A stretch of DNA of 64,000 bases. Source: Candidatus Hydrogenedentota bacterium (GTDB lineage: Bacteria; Hydrogenedentota; Hydrogenedentia; Hydrogenedentales; JAJRTN01). The stretch's first letter is position 1, and every line of letters begins with the position of its first letter. The notes beneath the pieces were generated by a model. The model searched no databases and was not told the DNA's origin. It saw only the letters and a list, made by a program, of their open reading frames with translations. The DNA lies in assembly GCA_024278275.1 (NCBI GenBank), contig JAJRTN010000123.1, positions 508 through 64,507 of the forward strand, in the 5' to 3' direction. Positions 16,869 through 26,768 of the stretch are shown here, in pieces. The position numbers and the translations under genes were made by a program.

Positions 16869-17936
16869 ATGGCATCATCGCCGGAGCAGGCGGCGCGGCA
16901 ACGGCAGGTACGGTCGGAAGTGGCCCCCGTGGTGCGGCGTTTGGTGGAAGGCGCCCTGATAGGGCCTTCACATCAGTTGCTTTGCTATGGTTGTGGCCGG
17001 GGGGCGGATGTGGCCTGGCTGAAGGTACGTGGCTTCGATGTCACCGGTTTTGATCCCTACCCGCCCTTCGGTTACAGTGAAGCGCCGCGGGAAAAGTATG
17101 ACCGGGTGCTGATGATCTACCTCATGTCCCGTCTCAAGACGGACGCGAACCGGCGTTCGGCCGTCATGAAAGCGTTTCGCCATGTTCGTCCCGGGGGATA
17201 TCTCATCATCGCCAGCCGCAATGGCGCGCGTTTGGCCCGTGCCCGTGGCGGCACGCGCGAGGAGGGTGCCGCCTACCTCGAAGGACTGCTTGACGAATGC
17301 GAAACGGAATCCATCAGTACCCCGGTGTTGCGGGATGAAGGAAGCGGCCTCTGTCTCATGGCGCGTCGTGCGGGCCTGCATCAACCGTCCACGCCCTGGG
17401 AGTGGGTGGATGACCCGGTGCGTTTCGCCGCGGTATGTGAACAACTCAACCGGGCGCCCGTGGTAGCCCTGGATGTGGAAACCACCCTGGAGGAACCGCG
17501 GAAACTTTGCACCATTCAGTTGGGTGTTCCGGGCCAGACCTGGATCGTGGATGCCCTGGCCTTGGATGATCTCGATCCACTGAAGCGTGTCATGGAAAAC
17601 GACGCCGTGGAGGTGGTCATTCACAATGCCCTCTTCGAGGAGCAGATGTTGGGGAAGCATGGAATCCGCATCACCCGTATCTTCGATACCCTCCCCGCCT
17701 CGCGGAAAAAGCATGGCCGGAACAAGGTGCGCGGGAGCCACAAACTGGGGGACGTGTGTGAGCGGGAATTGGGCATCTACCTTGACAAATCCAAGCAGAC
17801 CTCCGATTGGACCCGCCGCCCCCTGGACCCGACCCAGTTGGCCTACGCCGCCATTGACGCCGAGGTGCTGCTCGATCTTTATCACGTCTTCAAGCCCCCC
17901 AGGGAACCCGAACCGCTGGATTTATTTCCCATGTAG
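16869..17936 (+). CDS. fusion protein: small class I SAM-methyltransferase-like domain and DEDDy 3'-5' exonuclease (RNase D/DNA pol A exo type)
   Basis: The N-terminal part has LLCYGCGRGADVAWL..GFDVTGFDP...VLMIYLMSRL...RPGGYLII. The C-terminal part has VVALDVETT (DxE), VIHNALFEEQML, and LAYAAIDAEVLLDLY (Yx3D). I chose the ATG at 16869. The track ORF begins at 16770. Confidence 0.75.
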   Translation: MASSPEQAARQRQVRSEVAPVVRRLVEGALIGPSHQLLCYGCGRGADVAWLKVRGFDVTGFDPYPPFGYSEAPREKYDRVLMIYLMSRLKTDANRRSAVMKAFRHVRPGGYLIIASRNGARLARARGGTREEGAAYLEGLLDECETESISTPVLRDEGSGLCLMARRAGLHQPSTPWEWVDDPVRFAAVCEQLNRAPVVALDVETTLEEPRKLCTIQLGVPGQTWIVDALALDDLDPLKRVMENDAVEVVIHNALFEEQMLGKHGIRITRIFDTLPASRKKHGRNKVRGSHKLGDVCERELGIYLDKSKQTSDWTRRPLDPTQLAYAAIDAEVLLDLYHVFKPPREPEPLDLFPM

Positions 17937-18048
17937 GGACGGGAGCGTGTATGGGGAGAGGCTTCATTCTCCGGGAAGAGTCCTTGGTAAGAAGACAACC
18001 CCGCTGAAAAACAGTTTTGCGGATGGCCTTTCGAAGGCACCCGGAATG

Positions 18049-18077
18049 TTGACCTTTGGCGGCGCGGGGTGTAAGGT
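18049..18077 (+). promoter_or_regulatory. sigma-70-like promoter for the DUF151 nuclease gene
   Basis: TTGACC (18049-18054), a 17-nt spacer, then TAAGGT (18072-18077). GGAGG at 18085-18089 follows, then the ATG at 18096. Confidence 0.45.
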
Positions 18078-18095
18078 GGCATGCGGAGGTTCGAC

Positions 18096-18560
18096 ATGCT
18101 TGAAGTAGAGGTATTACGGGTTATGAGTCCGGGGGAACGGGAATTACCGTGGGTCTTGCTGCGCCATGAAAACCGCGTCCTGCCCATTGTGATCGGCATT
18201 CTTGAAGCGACGGCCATCCAGATCGCCCTCCTGGGCGAAAAAATGGTACGGCCCATGACCCATGACCTGGCCTGCAACCTGCTCGCGGGCCTGCGTGGCA
18301 AACTCACGTCGGTAAGCATCTACAGCCTCAAGGACGGCACCTTCTTTGCTCACCTCAATATCGAGCAACGAAACAGTGAAGGGCAGGTGGATCAGATCCT
18401 GCGGATTGACAGTCGCCCCAGCGACGCCATCGCCATCGCGCTACGTACGGGAAGCGCCGTGCTGGTCGCCGAAGAGGTCATGGATGAAGCGGGCCGGGAG
18501 ATCGAGTTCTTCGATGCCGGTGAATCCGAGGAAGAGGATGGGGAGTATCCGGGGGACTGA
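18096..18560 (+). CDS. bifunctional nuclease family protein (DUF151/BFN domain) with acidic tail
   Basis: LPIVIGILEATAIQIAL..RPMTHDL...VSIYSLKDGTFFAHL......IDSRPSDAIAIALRTGSAVLVAEEV is the DUF151 pattern. The ATG at 18096 has a GGAGG 6 nt upstream. The track ORF starts at 18081. Confidence 0.75.
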   Translation: MLEVEVLRVMSPGERELPWVLLRHENRVLPIVIGILEATAIQIALLGEKMVRPMTHDLACNLLAGLRGKLTSVSIYSLKDGTFFAHLNIEQRNSEGQVDQILRIDSRPSDAIAIALRTGSAVLVAEEVMDEAGREIEFFDAGESEEEDGEYPGD

Positions 18561-18794
18561 AGTGACGGTCCGCGAGCGGGCAAGCCCCCCGTGGCACACC
18601 ACGGAAAATCCGCATTTTCTTCGGTTCCATCGTGTTTTCAGTACCATTTTCGAAATGACTGTTTTGCAGCTGTTCACGGCCCTGCCCCGGCTTGGCCGGA
18701 ACCAGGCATCGCCACCGCCGTCCACGCCCGGCCAACGGACAAGCGGGCAAACCTTTTTTCGTGACTGTTGTTACGGAACTTCACGGGTAGGGGA

Positions 18795-18983
18795 CTACTT
18801 CAGCGGCGCGGTCACCACGTTGGCGGCGGCACCGATGACCTTACCGGTGCCGCGCACGACCCCGCCCACGGTCTTACCGACCGCCCGGGGGATGAGGCAG
18901 CCCTGCAAACCCATTGCACTCAGTAACAACACCAGCAACAGGACGTGCCGCCAGGGGTACTTCCCTTTTCCCTTATGCTTCAT
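18795..18983 (-). CDS. small putative lipoprotein (62 aa)
   Basis: MKHKGKGKYPWRHVLLLVLLLSAMGLQGC has a signal peptide with a lipobox-like LQGC, followed by a Gly/Val-rich tail. Its start overlaps the end of hemE by 11 nt. Confidence 0.45.
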   Translation of the reverse strand: MKHKGKGKYPWRHVLLLVLLLSAMGLQGCLIPRAVGKTVGGVVRGTGKVIGAAANVVTAPLK

Positions 18984-19992
18984 GGACCACCTCCACGAGT
19001 TGAAGGATGTTTTCGTAAGGGGTCTCTCGAAGGAGACCGTGGCTGAGATTGAAGATGTGCCCCCGATGTCCGCCTTGCGCCACCACGTCACGGGCGGCGG
19101 CGGCGATGGCCTCCGGGGAGCCCGTCGCCAGCAGGCCGTTGTCGAGGTTGCCCTGGAAAACGCGGTCTTCGCCAAGTCGCGCGCGTGCCTCGGTAATGCT
19201 GATGGACGCGGGAAGGCTGATCACGTCCGCGCCCGCGGCGTCGAGGGTTTCAAGATCGTTCCATTCGCGGGCGAACTGGATGGTGGGTGTCACTTCCTTC
19301 AGGGCGGAAAAGATACATTGCTGATAGGGCAGGGCAAACTCGCGATAGGTATCCATGTCGAGCAGAAACGCCGCCGATTCAAAAAGCTGCACGGCCACCG
19401 CACCGTGGTCCGCCTGGTAAATCAGGTATTCGATGGTCATGTCGGTGAGCTTTTCGAGGAAGGCATGGACCGTTGCCGGGTGCTCCCGCAGGAAGGCCAT
19501 CGCCCGGTCGGCGGATGTCCCGAAGCTCTTTCCTTCAAGCACGAAGATCGCCAGGGTGAGCGGCGCGCCGGCGAAGCCCAGCACGGGCAGGGCTCCGCCC
19601 AGTTCCGCATGGATACGGTCGAAGGTCTCGCCCACGAAACCCAGATCTGCGTTCACATCGAAGGGCGCCAGGGCATCGAGGTCGCGGGGCGATTCAATCG
19701 GTTGCTGGAGCGTCGGTCCGGGCGCGAAAACGAAATGTGCGCCCATGGGCGACAGAATTGTGAGGATGTCCTGAAAGAAAATGATCCCGTCAATTCCCAG
19801 CCGTCTGGGCAGAAGCGAGATTTGCGCCGCCAGTTCCGGGTGGCGGAAGAGTTCCTCCAGGGGGAGGGCGGCGTCCTCTTTCAGCTTGCGATAGGCCGGG
19901 TCAGTGCGGCCCGCCTGGCGCATGAGCCATACGGGGACGGTGGGGGGTTCTTCGCCACGAAGGGCGCTGATCAGGCGTTCACTTTGCTTCAT
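18973..19992 (-). CDS. hemE: uroporphyrinogen decarboxylase
   Basis: MKQSERLISALRGEEPPTVPVWLMRQAGRTDPAYRKL...IIFFQDIL is the canonical HemE N-terminus (PVWxMRQAGR). I chose the ATG at 19992. The longest ORF starts at 20088. Confidence 0.9.
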   Translation of the reverse strand: MKQSERLISALRGEEPPTVPVWLMRQAGRTDPAYRKLKEDAALPLEELFRHPELAAQISLLPRRLGIDGIIFFQDILTILSPMGAHFVFAPGPTLQQPIESPRDLDALAPFDVNADLGFVGETFDRIHAELGGALPVLGFAGAPLTLAIFVLEGKSFGTSADRAMAFLREHPATVHAFLEKLTDMTIEYLIYQADHGAVAVQLFESAAFLLDMDTYREFALPYQQCIFSALKEVTPTIQFAREWNDLETLDAAGADVISLPASISITEARARLGEDRVFQGNLDNGLLATGSPEAIAAAARDVVAQGGHRGHIFNLSHGLLRETPYENILQLVEVVHEA

Positions 19993-20800
19993 CGCATCTT
20001 TCTTTCGGGATATTCCATCGGGGTTTCTCAATCGTGTAGGCCGCGAAGCCCACGTACCGCGTGGCGTTCTGTTGCATGTATTCCGCAAGATCCACGGCGG
20101 CCACTTTGCCCGCTTTTGAGCTGGCGTGGTAGAGCTTGCCGCCGCCCGCTTCGTCCGGCAGGTAGAGGCCGCAGTGTAGTGCGAACAGCCAATCCACCTT
20201 GCCCACGAAGATAATGAGGGCGGCTTCGGTGAGCTTTCGGGCCGCGCGAGCCGCGTGTTTCGGCGGGACGACCGTTATCGTGCGGACCAGGTCGGGCAGG
20301 TCTTGCCCAAGTTCCGGCGCGTTGACCCGCTTGAAGTAGTCTTTCTTGCGAATGGTGCGCGTAACTTCGACTACCGGTGTATCCAGGGCGGACGTCACCG
20401 CCTCGCACCAACGATTGTTGGAAAGCCAATCGGTGATCATGAAATGGTTGCGCGACGCGAAATCGACGCGGCCCTCCCGGTACCGGATACGCTGAAGCAG
20501 GTCAAAGGCATCCTCATAGGAGGCGGACGCGGCCAGCGCAACGGTTTGTTCCACGTAGGTAACACAGTCCACGCGGCCCAGATCGATGAGGGGGTCCTGA
20601 TCGTGTTTACCCTTCGGTCCTTCCCCGAGCGGCCCGTTGGCATAGGGCGTGCCGAGCGCGTCGCGGGCCACCCGTGCAAGCCGGTCCTGAAAACTCGGAC
20701 AAGCCCGCCGCACATCCGAAAGATAAGCATCCACCCCGGCGGGTCCCATTCCACCCAGTACGGGTGCGCCGAGCACCAATATGGCGATAAAGACATGCAT
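19979..20800 (-). CDS. DUF1460 (N-acetylmuramoyl-L-alanine amidase-like) domain protein, secreted
   Basis: Signal-like N-terminus MHVFIAILVLGAPVLGG. ALGTPYANGPLGEG......LIDLGRVDCVTYVEQTVALA resembles the DUF1460 signature. The start at 20800 is chosen; the longest ORF starts at 20887. Confidence 0.6.
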   Translation of the reverse strand: MHVFIAILVLGAPVLGGMGPAGVDAYLSDVRRACPSFQDRLARVARDALGTPYANGPLGEGPKGKHDQDPLIDLGRVDCVTYVEQTVALAASASYEDAFDLLQRIRYREGRVDFASRNHFMITDWLSNNRWCEAVTSALDTPVVEVTRTIRKKDYFKRVNAPELGQDLPDLVRTITVVPPKHAARAARKLTEAALIIFVGKVDWLFALHCGLYLPDEAGGGKLYHASSKAGKVAAVDLAEYMQQNATRYVGFAAYTIEKPRWNIPKERCDEAK

Positions 20801-21049
20801 GTTTGTGGCAACTCCCTGGCGGAAACGCCTTCCGGAATCCATGCGCGAAAAAACGACTTTCACCGGGATCGCCACGTGATTTCCCATGTTGTGACTCTTT
20901 AAACCACCACACGCGGAATGGCACGCAAGGCGATCCCCGATGCTGCAAACGGCTCTTCGGCGCCATCATACCACGGAGAATCCCCTCGGGGGCGAGGTAT
21001 AACTGAAAGTTGTGGCCATCCGGCCTGGTCGGCACCAGGAATCGCTACC

Positions 21050-21106
21050 GTCATCCCCGCGAAGGCGGGGCACCATGATACGAGCGCCCCCTTGCCCTTT
21101 CCCGTG
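21050..21106. repeat. solo family A repeat arm plus central segment
   Basis: gtcatccccgcgaaggcggggcaccatgata...ccctttcccgtg aligns with the left halves of the units at 2999 and 9565. Confidence 0.7.
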
Positions 21107-21278
21107 TATTCACGCCTTCCACCGGTTTGTAAGTCGTGTGCCTGTTTTCTTTGCAGGTTGGTTTCGTGCGGTGTTATATTCCGCCGAGCCGATCCATGCC
21201 TGAAAAAGGGGACTGCCAACCATGCTCACGACCTGCCTGATTACCGTGCTTTCCATGGCCACCACGGAGGAAAACGTA

Positions 21279-23231
21279 ATGGCTCGGCACAAACATCCGT
21301 TTCTTTTTCTGAATGCCGCGGACGTGGCACGGGCGAAGGCGTCGCTCCGGAAGAATGATGCGCTGGCGAAGAACGCCAAGGCACAGCGGGACCGCGCGCT
21401 AAACGCCAGGCTGGAGGACCTGCCGGCCTTTGAAACGGAATGGTGGGAAACGGACAGGGACAAGCCCTGGGCGGAGATCTATCCCGCCATCAACCACCAC
21501 ACCGGCGAGGTGCCCCGCGCCTGGGCTCGGGTTGCGCAGGACTGCGCCGAGGCCGGCCTGCTCTTTCCCGATCCCGCGTTGCGGGAAAAGGGCAAGGCGG
21601 TGTTGCTGGGCATGTCGGGTTACACCTTTGAATTCGACCACTACGACGTGGGCATGAACTATACCACCTGGGGTTACCAGGCGATGCTCGCGTATGACGT
21701 GCTCCATGATGATTTTTCCGGCGAGGAACAACAGCGCATGGACGCTTTCTTCCGCCGCATGGTCACGGCCATCATCAAGAGCGACGATTACTGGGTGGAA
21801 CACATGCCCGGCGGGCCCATGAACAACCATTACGCCTGGCACAAGCTGGGCCGCATGATGTATGGCTTGTTCTATGACAAACCGAACATGGTGCGTGACG
21901 CGATCTTCGGTCCCAAGGGCGTGATGGACAGCCTGTGTTATGGTTTCACCGACGATGGCCTCTGGCTGGAGGCCTCGCTGAATTACCAGTTCGCTCAAAC
22001 CAGCCCCATGGTCATCATGGCCCGCCTGCTGGAGAATGCCGGGGCCGGGTACAACCTGTGGGCCTTGACCACGGATGATGGCCGCAACCTGAAGCAGGCC
22101 TATGACGCGCTGATTCCCACGCTTTTTCCCGATGGCACGCTGCCTAACATCGGCGACTGCTACGGATACCGGATGCCCCTGGGAAGCCGAGGCGACTATG
22201 AAACCCTCCTGACCCGCTTCGGGGATCCCGCCTATGCGTGGCTCCTGTCGCGCCATGGCACACGGTCTTCACAGGCCTTATTCCACGGTCCCGCCACGCT
22301 TCCCGCCGGTGAAGCACCCCGGCTGACAAGCCGGCACTGGCCGGAGCACGGCTACGCCATGCTGCGGGAGAAGGAAGGCGCCGATTACTGGACGGGGGAG
22401 GGTTGGACCCTTTTCGGCACTTTTGCCGCCGGTTCCGTCCACCAGAACCAGGACAAGCTGTCCATCATGCTCTTCGGCGACAACCACCACTGGCTGGTGG
22501 ATGCCGAGGGCCGCGCCGGGGTTTATCATGCCTTTTCCTCCAACATGCAGCGCGAATTGAACCGCGAAACGGTGTGCCACAATACCTTGCTCGTGGACGG
22601 CGCGAGCCAAAGAACCCCGAGACGCCGCCTGGATCTCGTGGAGTACCAGATCCTTCCCGGGGCCAAACGCCTGAGCATGGGCGACCTCGATGGCCGGCTC
22701 TACGCGGGCGTGCGACAGCTACGAACACTTATTGTGCGCAAGAACTATGTACTGGATCTCTTCCAGGTGGAAAGCAAAGAAGAGCACACCTATCGCTGGT
22801 TGACCCATGTGGACGGGGAACCGGAAACCCGCTCCATTGACGACTGGGCCGCCGAGGCGTTGCCCGAGGGGCCGCCGTGGCATTGGCTGCGCGACGCGGT
22901 GGCCGCGGATGCGCCGCAAGGCTACGCGGAAACCTTCATCCACGGAGGCCGGACCTTTCGCCTGGATCTGGCTACCGACGCGCCCGCCCGAGTCACCCGC
23001 TGCGCCTTTCCCCGCGACGACAGCGACACGCCCGAAACCTATGCCATGCGCATGGTACGGCGACAGGGCAAAACGGCCTGGTTCGCAGCAATCTACCAGC
23101 TTGGCGGAAAAGCGCCACGGCCCGCCACGGTCCGGGTCGAAAAGGCCGACATGGGGCGGTATGATGTTCGTGTGCGTATCGACGGAGAGGAGACGCGACA
23201 CCTGGTTCCCATGCTGCGGTCCTTGCGATAA
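21279..23231 (+). CDS. heparinase II/III-like / alginate-lyase-like polysaccharide lyase family protein
   Basis: The N-terminus HPFLFLNAADVARAKASL.. and the alpha/alpha toroid-like first half, plus the later ..HQNQDKLSIMLFGDNHHWLVDAEG...CHNTLLVDGASQ, resemble the Hepar_II_III C-terminal domain. The ATG at 21279 follows GGAGG (21266-21270). Confidence 0.65.
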   Translation: MARHKHPFLFLNAADVARAKASLRKNDALAKNAKAQRDRALNARLEDLPAFETEWWETDRDKPWAEIYPAINHHTGEVPRAWARVAQDCAEAGLLFPDPALREKGKAVLLGMSGYTFEFDHYDVGMNYTTWGYQAMLAYDVLHDDFSGEEQQRMDAFFRRMVTAIIKSDDYWVEHMPGGPMNNHYAWHKLGRMMYGLFYDKPNMVRDAIFGPKGVMDSLCYGFTDDGLWLEASLNYQFAQTSPMVIMARLLENAGAGYNLWALTTDDGRNLKQAYDALIPTLFPDGTLPNIGDCYGYRMPLGSRGDYETLLTRFGDPAYAWLLSRHGTRSSQALFHGPATLPAGEAPRLTSRHWPEHGYAMLREKEGADYWTGEGWTLFGTFAAGSVHQNQDKLSIMLFGDNHHWLVDAEGRAGVYHAFSSNMQRELNRETVCHNTLLVDGASQRTPRRRLDLVEYQILPGAKRLSMGDLDGRLYAGVRQLRTLIVRKNYVLDLFQVESKEEHTYRWLTHVDGEPETRSIDDWAAEALPEGPPWHWLRDAVAADAPQGYAETFIHGGRTFRLDLATDAPARVTRCAFPRDDSDTPETYAMRMVRRQGKTAWFAAIYQLGGKAPRPATVRVEKADMGRYDVRVRIDGEETRHLVPMLRSLR

Positions 23232-23282
23232 TTAACCGTTCATCCTAAAAAAAGCAGTTGCGCCCTTATCGCGGAGGCTTTT

Positions 23283-23580
23283 CCTCGTAATGACGGTCTC
23301 ATTGGGCGTGAACGGTTACCGGTACTTGCGTGAAAGCAAAGATGGAACCCCTGCATGTTCCATCGCCCCCGGTTCGGGCCGGGTACGGCCCACAGAGGGC
23401 ATTCAATAAGCGCCATGAACGGGTCACGTGGGAACACACGTGCGGCAGAACACGGATTCGTCCCGTGGGCGAAGCCCACGTCAGCAAAGGGTGGGCCTTG
23501 GCCCACCATGCCCCCTCTTCCTGGGGAGGCTGTTTCGTCGCCAGGGTTTCAGTCTTGGTGGGCCAAGGCCCACCCTATGG
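23283..23580. repeat. mosaic of degenerate family A remnants and family B palindromes (GGTGGGCCnnGGCCCACC)
   Basis: aatgacggtc..gggcgtgaacggttac (23286-23322) matches 32930-32957. Palindromes: cgtgggcgaagcccacg at 23464-23480, ggtgggccttggcccacc at 23489-23506, and ggtgggccaaggcccacc at 23558-23575. Confidence 0.7.
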
Positions 23581-23814
23581 AGCTTCTAATTTCGTGTGTT
23601 TTGTGTATTTCGTGGTTAAACCTGAAAAGGGCCGTTGCGCCCTCATTGATGACTTACGACCAATCCTGCGATTTAACCGCCTTTTTTAGGTTCATGGCCC
23701 TTTTTCCCAACCGGGCCGGAACCGGGAATCGCACCGCCGTCCGTGCCATGGCCCACCGTCATCCCTGATCAAAATCAAATGTCCTGCTCGTTGGGTGAGC
23801 CGCGTTTATCAACG

Positions 23815-23851
23815 AAACCGCCCGCCCCGCAATGACCGGGACGGGCGGTTT
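23815..23851 (-). terminator. candidate intrinsic terminator after the LamG gene
   Basis: A 10-bp stem, aaaccgcccg (23815-23824) with cgggcggttt (23842-23851). On the minus strand it is followed by TTTCGTTGATAAA. It lies about 30 nt downstream of the stop at 23883. Confidence 0.5.
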
Positions 23852-23882
23852 ATCCCATTCAGCTTGTCATGGTTTCACATCT

Positions 23883-25358
23883 TCAGGCGGTGCGGCGACG
23901 AAGCAGGGTCAAACCGGCCAGCGTTAAGGCCAAGGCCAACGCGGCCAGGCCGAGCCCACCGGCCACCGGGATGATCGGGAAGCCGACCGGATCCAGCGGA
24001 TCCGTGCCGTTTTGGACCTCCAGGCCATCACTCACGCCATCGCCGTCCGTGTCCTCGACGAACGGATCGGTGCCAAGGATGTTCTCGTAGCCGTTGCTCA
24101 GGCCATCGCCATCACAGTCACCCGAGGCGTCATCCGCGGCGGGAGGCGAGTAACCGGGATCATTCGTGATGGCCAGCCAATCCAACGTGAACATGGTGCC
24201 CGCGTTGATAAAATCGCTCGAGTCGCCAAGGTCGGGGAAATCGAGACGAATGGTGTGGACCGAGGCGTCCCAGCTCGCAGCGCCGGAATCCTGACTCGCC
24301 GGCACGTTCATGCGCACCGTGTAGTCGCCGTCACCGTCCAGGGTGAAGCCCGCGCGGCCATGGCCGCCGTCGGCGAACCAGAAAAATGCCGCCGGGAAGC
24401 TGTTGACCGGCGAATCGGTCACGTTGATTTGCATGGCAAGTTCTTCGGCCGCCGTACCGTCGATGGCGGCTTCCAGCGTCATGAACGGATCCTGGCCCTT
24501 GGGCACGAAGGTGAGTGAACCAATATTATCGGTAAGGTCCACGCTGCCATTGGGGACGAAGCCCTCGTTGCCGCAGTCGAAGGTTTTCAGCAGGCCTTCG
24601 CCACCGCTGCTGCCGCCGCCTTCGTTCATGGCGGCCTGAATTTCCGCCACCGACAGGGCTTCATCGTAGATGCGCACCTCGTCTATGGCGCCGACCCATC
24701 CGTTATCACTGGCGCCGACACGATTGCCGATAATCACCGGAACGCCGTTGTCACTGAATTGACTCGCCGGAACACCGCTTGTCAATGAGCTGACCAGGTT
24801 TCCATCCAGGAAGATTTCCATGGACGTGCCCGGTGTGTATACGGCCGCGAAATGAACCCACTGCTCCGCGGGTAGGGGGGAATCGCCGAAGACATCCACG
24901 AGGGTGTTACCATCCTCCGCAATCCACAGAAGCGGCGAATCGGTTACCCCTTCCCAACTGTGTTCGATATTCAGCGACCAGGACCGGCTTCCTCCCGCAC
25001 CCATCTTGGCCACAATGCGGCCATTCCGGGTGCTCGTACTATCCAGCCAGACCCAGGCCATCAGGGTTATGGCACCCGTTATGCGGAATTCCGGCGCGTC
25101 ACTGACTTCGATCCGGTCGCCGCCATCTCCGCCAAACAACATGGCGCCGTTTGCATTACCAAATCGGTCCGCTACTACGGTCACATTCCCTTGGATGGTC
25201 CCGTCATTACCATTGCCGCTGGCATCCACCGCGTCACCGTCGAGCGGCCAGTAGCCCACCAAGGCGGCCGAAGCCGTGCCGCTCAGGCCGAGAACGAGGC
25301 ACATGCTCATCCATACCACCATGGCTCGCAAATTGCCTGGATTCATTGGGGTACGCAT
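23883..25358 (-). CDS. secreted LamG/concanavalin-A-like domain protein with thrombospondin-type-3-like Ca-binding repeats and a C-terminal hydrophobic/Arg-rich anchor
   Basis: Signal peptide MVVWMSMCLVLGLSGTASA. LamG pattern GNDGTIQGNV..GAMLFGGDGGDRIEV..ITLMAWVWLD. C-terminal DCDGDGLSNGYE..GTDPFVEDTDGDGVSDGLEVQNGTDPLDP, then AGGLGLAALALALTLAGLTLLRRRTA. GGAGGGAG lies upstream of the ATG at 25358. Confidence 0.75.
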   Translation of the reverse strand: MRTPMNPGNLRAMVVWMSMCLVLGLSGTASAALVGYWPLDGDAVDASGNGNDGTIQGNVTVVADRFGNANGAMLFGGDGGDRIEVSDAPEFRITGAITLMAWVWLDSTSTRNGRIVAKMGAGGSRSWSLNIEHSWEGVTDSPLLWIAEDGNTLVDVFGDSPLPAEQWVHFAAVYTPGTSMEIFLDGNLVSSLTSGVPASQFSDNGVPVIIGNRVGASDNGWVGAIDEVRIYDEALSVAEIQAAMNEGGGSSGGEGLLKTFDCGNEGFVPNGSVDLTDNIGSLTFVPKGQDPFMTLEAAIDGTAAEELAMQINVTDSPVNSFPAAFFWFADGGHGRAGFTLDGDGDYTVRMNVPASQDSGAASWDASVHTIRLDFPDLGDSSDFINAGTMFTLDWLAITNDPGYSPPAADDASGDCDGDGLSNGYENILGTDPFVEDTDGDGVSDGLEVQNGTDPLDPVGFPIIPVAGGLGLAALALALTLAGLTLLRRRTA

Positions 25359-25709
25359 TTCACTCCCTCCCTGGCGTAAATACATGTCGATACGCCTGAT
25401 AGAAACTCCTCGGGCACTACCCAGCGGGGATCCCTTCGGGTTGTCTCCTTGCGCCAACAACCCCTACTGATCCCCGCCACAATCGCTTCAGGATAGCAGA
25501 GAGGTTCCGTTCTGTCAAACCGTCGAATTGGCGAATTTGGGATCGGTTTACGCTCTCGCTGCACCAATGGGGCCTTGCCGATTCGTCCCGTAGACGGTTG
25601 CACCTGTGCCCGGGCCTGGCTCCGTACCGCATGGAAGGCATGTCGTGATGCGTGCTACACTCCGGGTCGGGCATTTCATGTTTCATTTCCCACGCAGGAC
25701 GGACGTATC

Positions 25710-26768
25710 ATGAAGGTTGGAATCATCGGCTTCGCCAGATCGGGTAAGACCACTATTTTCAACGCCTTGACCGGATCCCAAGCCGAGGTGGGCACATTCG
25801 GGAGCCGGGAGGCCAACATGGCGGTGATTAAAGTGCCCGATGCCCGGGTGGATGCGCTGGCGGCGATCTACCATCCTAAAAAGATTACCTACGCGGAGAT
25901 AGAGTTTGTCGATATCGCGCCCAATGAGGCCGCTTCCGACAAGAAAGCCCTGGACGGCGCCGCCCTTACGGTGCTGAAGAACGTGGATGCCCTGGTCCAC
26001 GTGGTACGCGCCTTTGACAACCCGAACGTCATGCATCCCCTGGATCGCGTGGAGCCCGTGGCGGACGCGGGGGCGCTGGAGGAGGAGCTGCAACTGTGCG
26101 ACCTCATCATCCTGGAGCGCCGTATCGAGCGGCTTGAGAAAGAGAACAAGAAAAACAACGAATATGACCTGTTGTGCCGGTGTCGCGCCCAGGTGGAGGA
26201 AGGCAAGGCGCTGCGTGATTTGGCGCTGTCCGAACAGGAAGAGAAGCTGGTTCTCGGATACACCTTTCTGTCCCGTAAGCCCATGTTGCTTTTGGGCAAC
26301 TATGGCGAGGATAAGATCGGGAAAGAGGATCCGGCGGGGCTGGCGGCCTTCGCGGCGGAGCGGGCTCTTACCCTCATCGAGTTCTGCGGCTCCATGGAGA
26401 TGGAGCTTTCCGAATTGCCCGAGGAGGACCGCGCGGAGTTTCGGGCCGACCTGGGATTGGGCGAGGAGTCCAGGACACGCTTCATCCAGACCGCCTACGA
26501 CATGCTGGGGCTCATGAGTTTCTTCACGGCGGGCGAACCGGAGGTCCGGGCGTGGACCATTCGCAAGGGAACCCGTGCCGTCGATGCCGCCGGGGTGATC
26601 CATTCCGACATTCAGCGCGGTTTCATCCGCGCGGAAACCGTGGCCTTCGAGGATCTTGTCGCGTTGGGTTCCATGACCAGGGTCAAGGAACAGGGCAAGG
26701 CCCACCTGGAAGGCAAGGAGTACATCATGCAGGACGGCGATGTTGTCCTGTTCCGCTTCAATGTTTGA
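25710..26768 (+). CDS. ychF: ribosome-binding ATPase YchF (Obg-like GTPase family)
   Basis: MKVGIIGFARSGKTTIFNALTG.. (P-loop) and the C-terminal TGS-like ..FIRAETVAFEDLV..GSM..VKEQGK..LEGKEYIMQDGDVVLFRFNV. Confidence 0.85.
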   Translation: MKVGIIGFARSGKTTIFNALTGSQAEVGTFGSREANMAVIKVPDARVDALAAIYHPKKITYAEIEFVDIAPNEAASDKKALDGAALTVLKNVDALVHVVRAFDNPNVMHPLDRVEPVADAGALEEELQLCDLIILERRIERLEKENKKNNEYDLLCRCRAQVEEGKALRDLALSEQEEKLVLGYTFLSRKPMLLLGNYGEDKIGKEDPAGLAAFAAERALTLIEFCGSMEMELSELPEEDRAEFRADLGLGEESRTRFIQTAYDMLGLMSFFTAGEPEVRAWTIRKGTRAVDAAGVIHSDIQRGFIRAETVAFEDLVALGSMTRVKEQGKAHLEGKEYIMQDGDVVLFRFNV

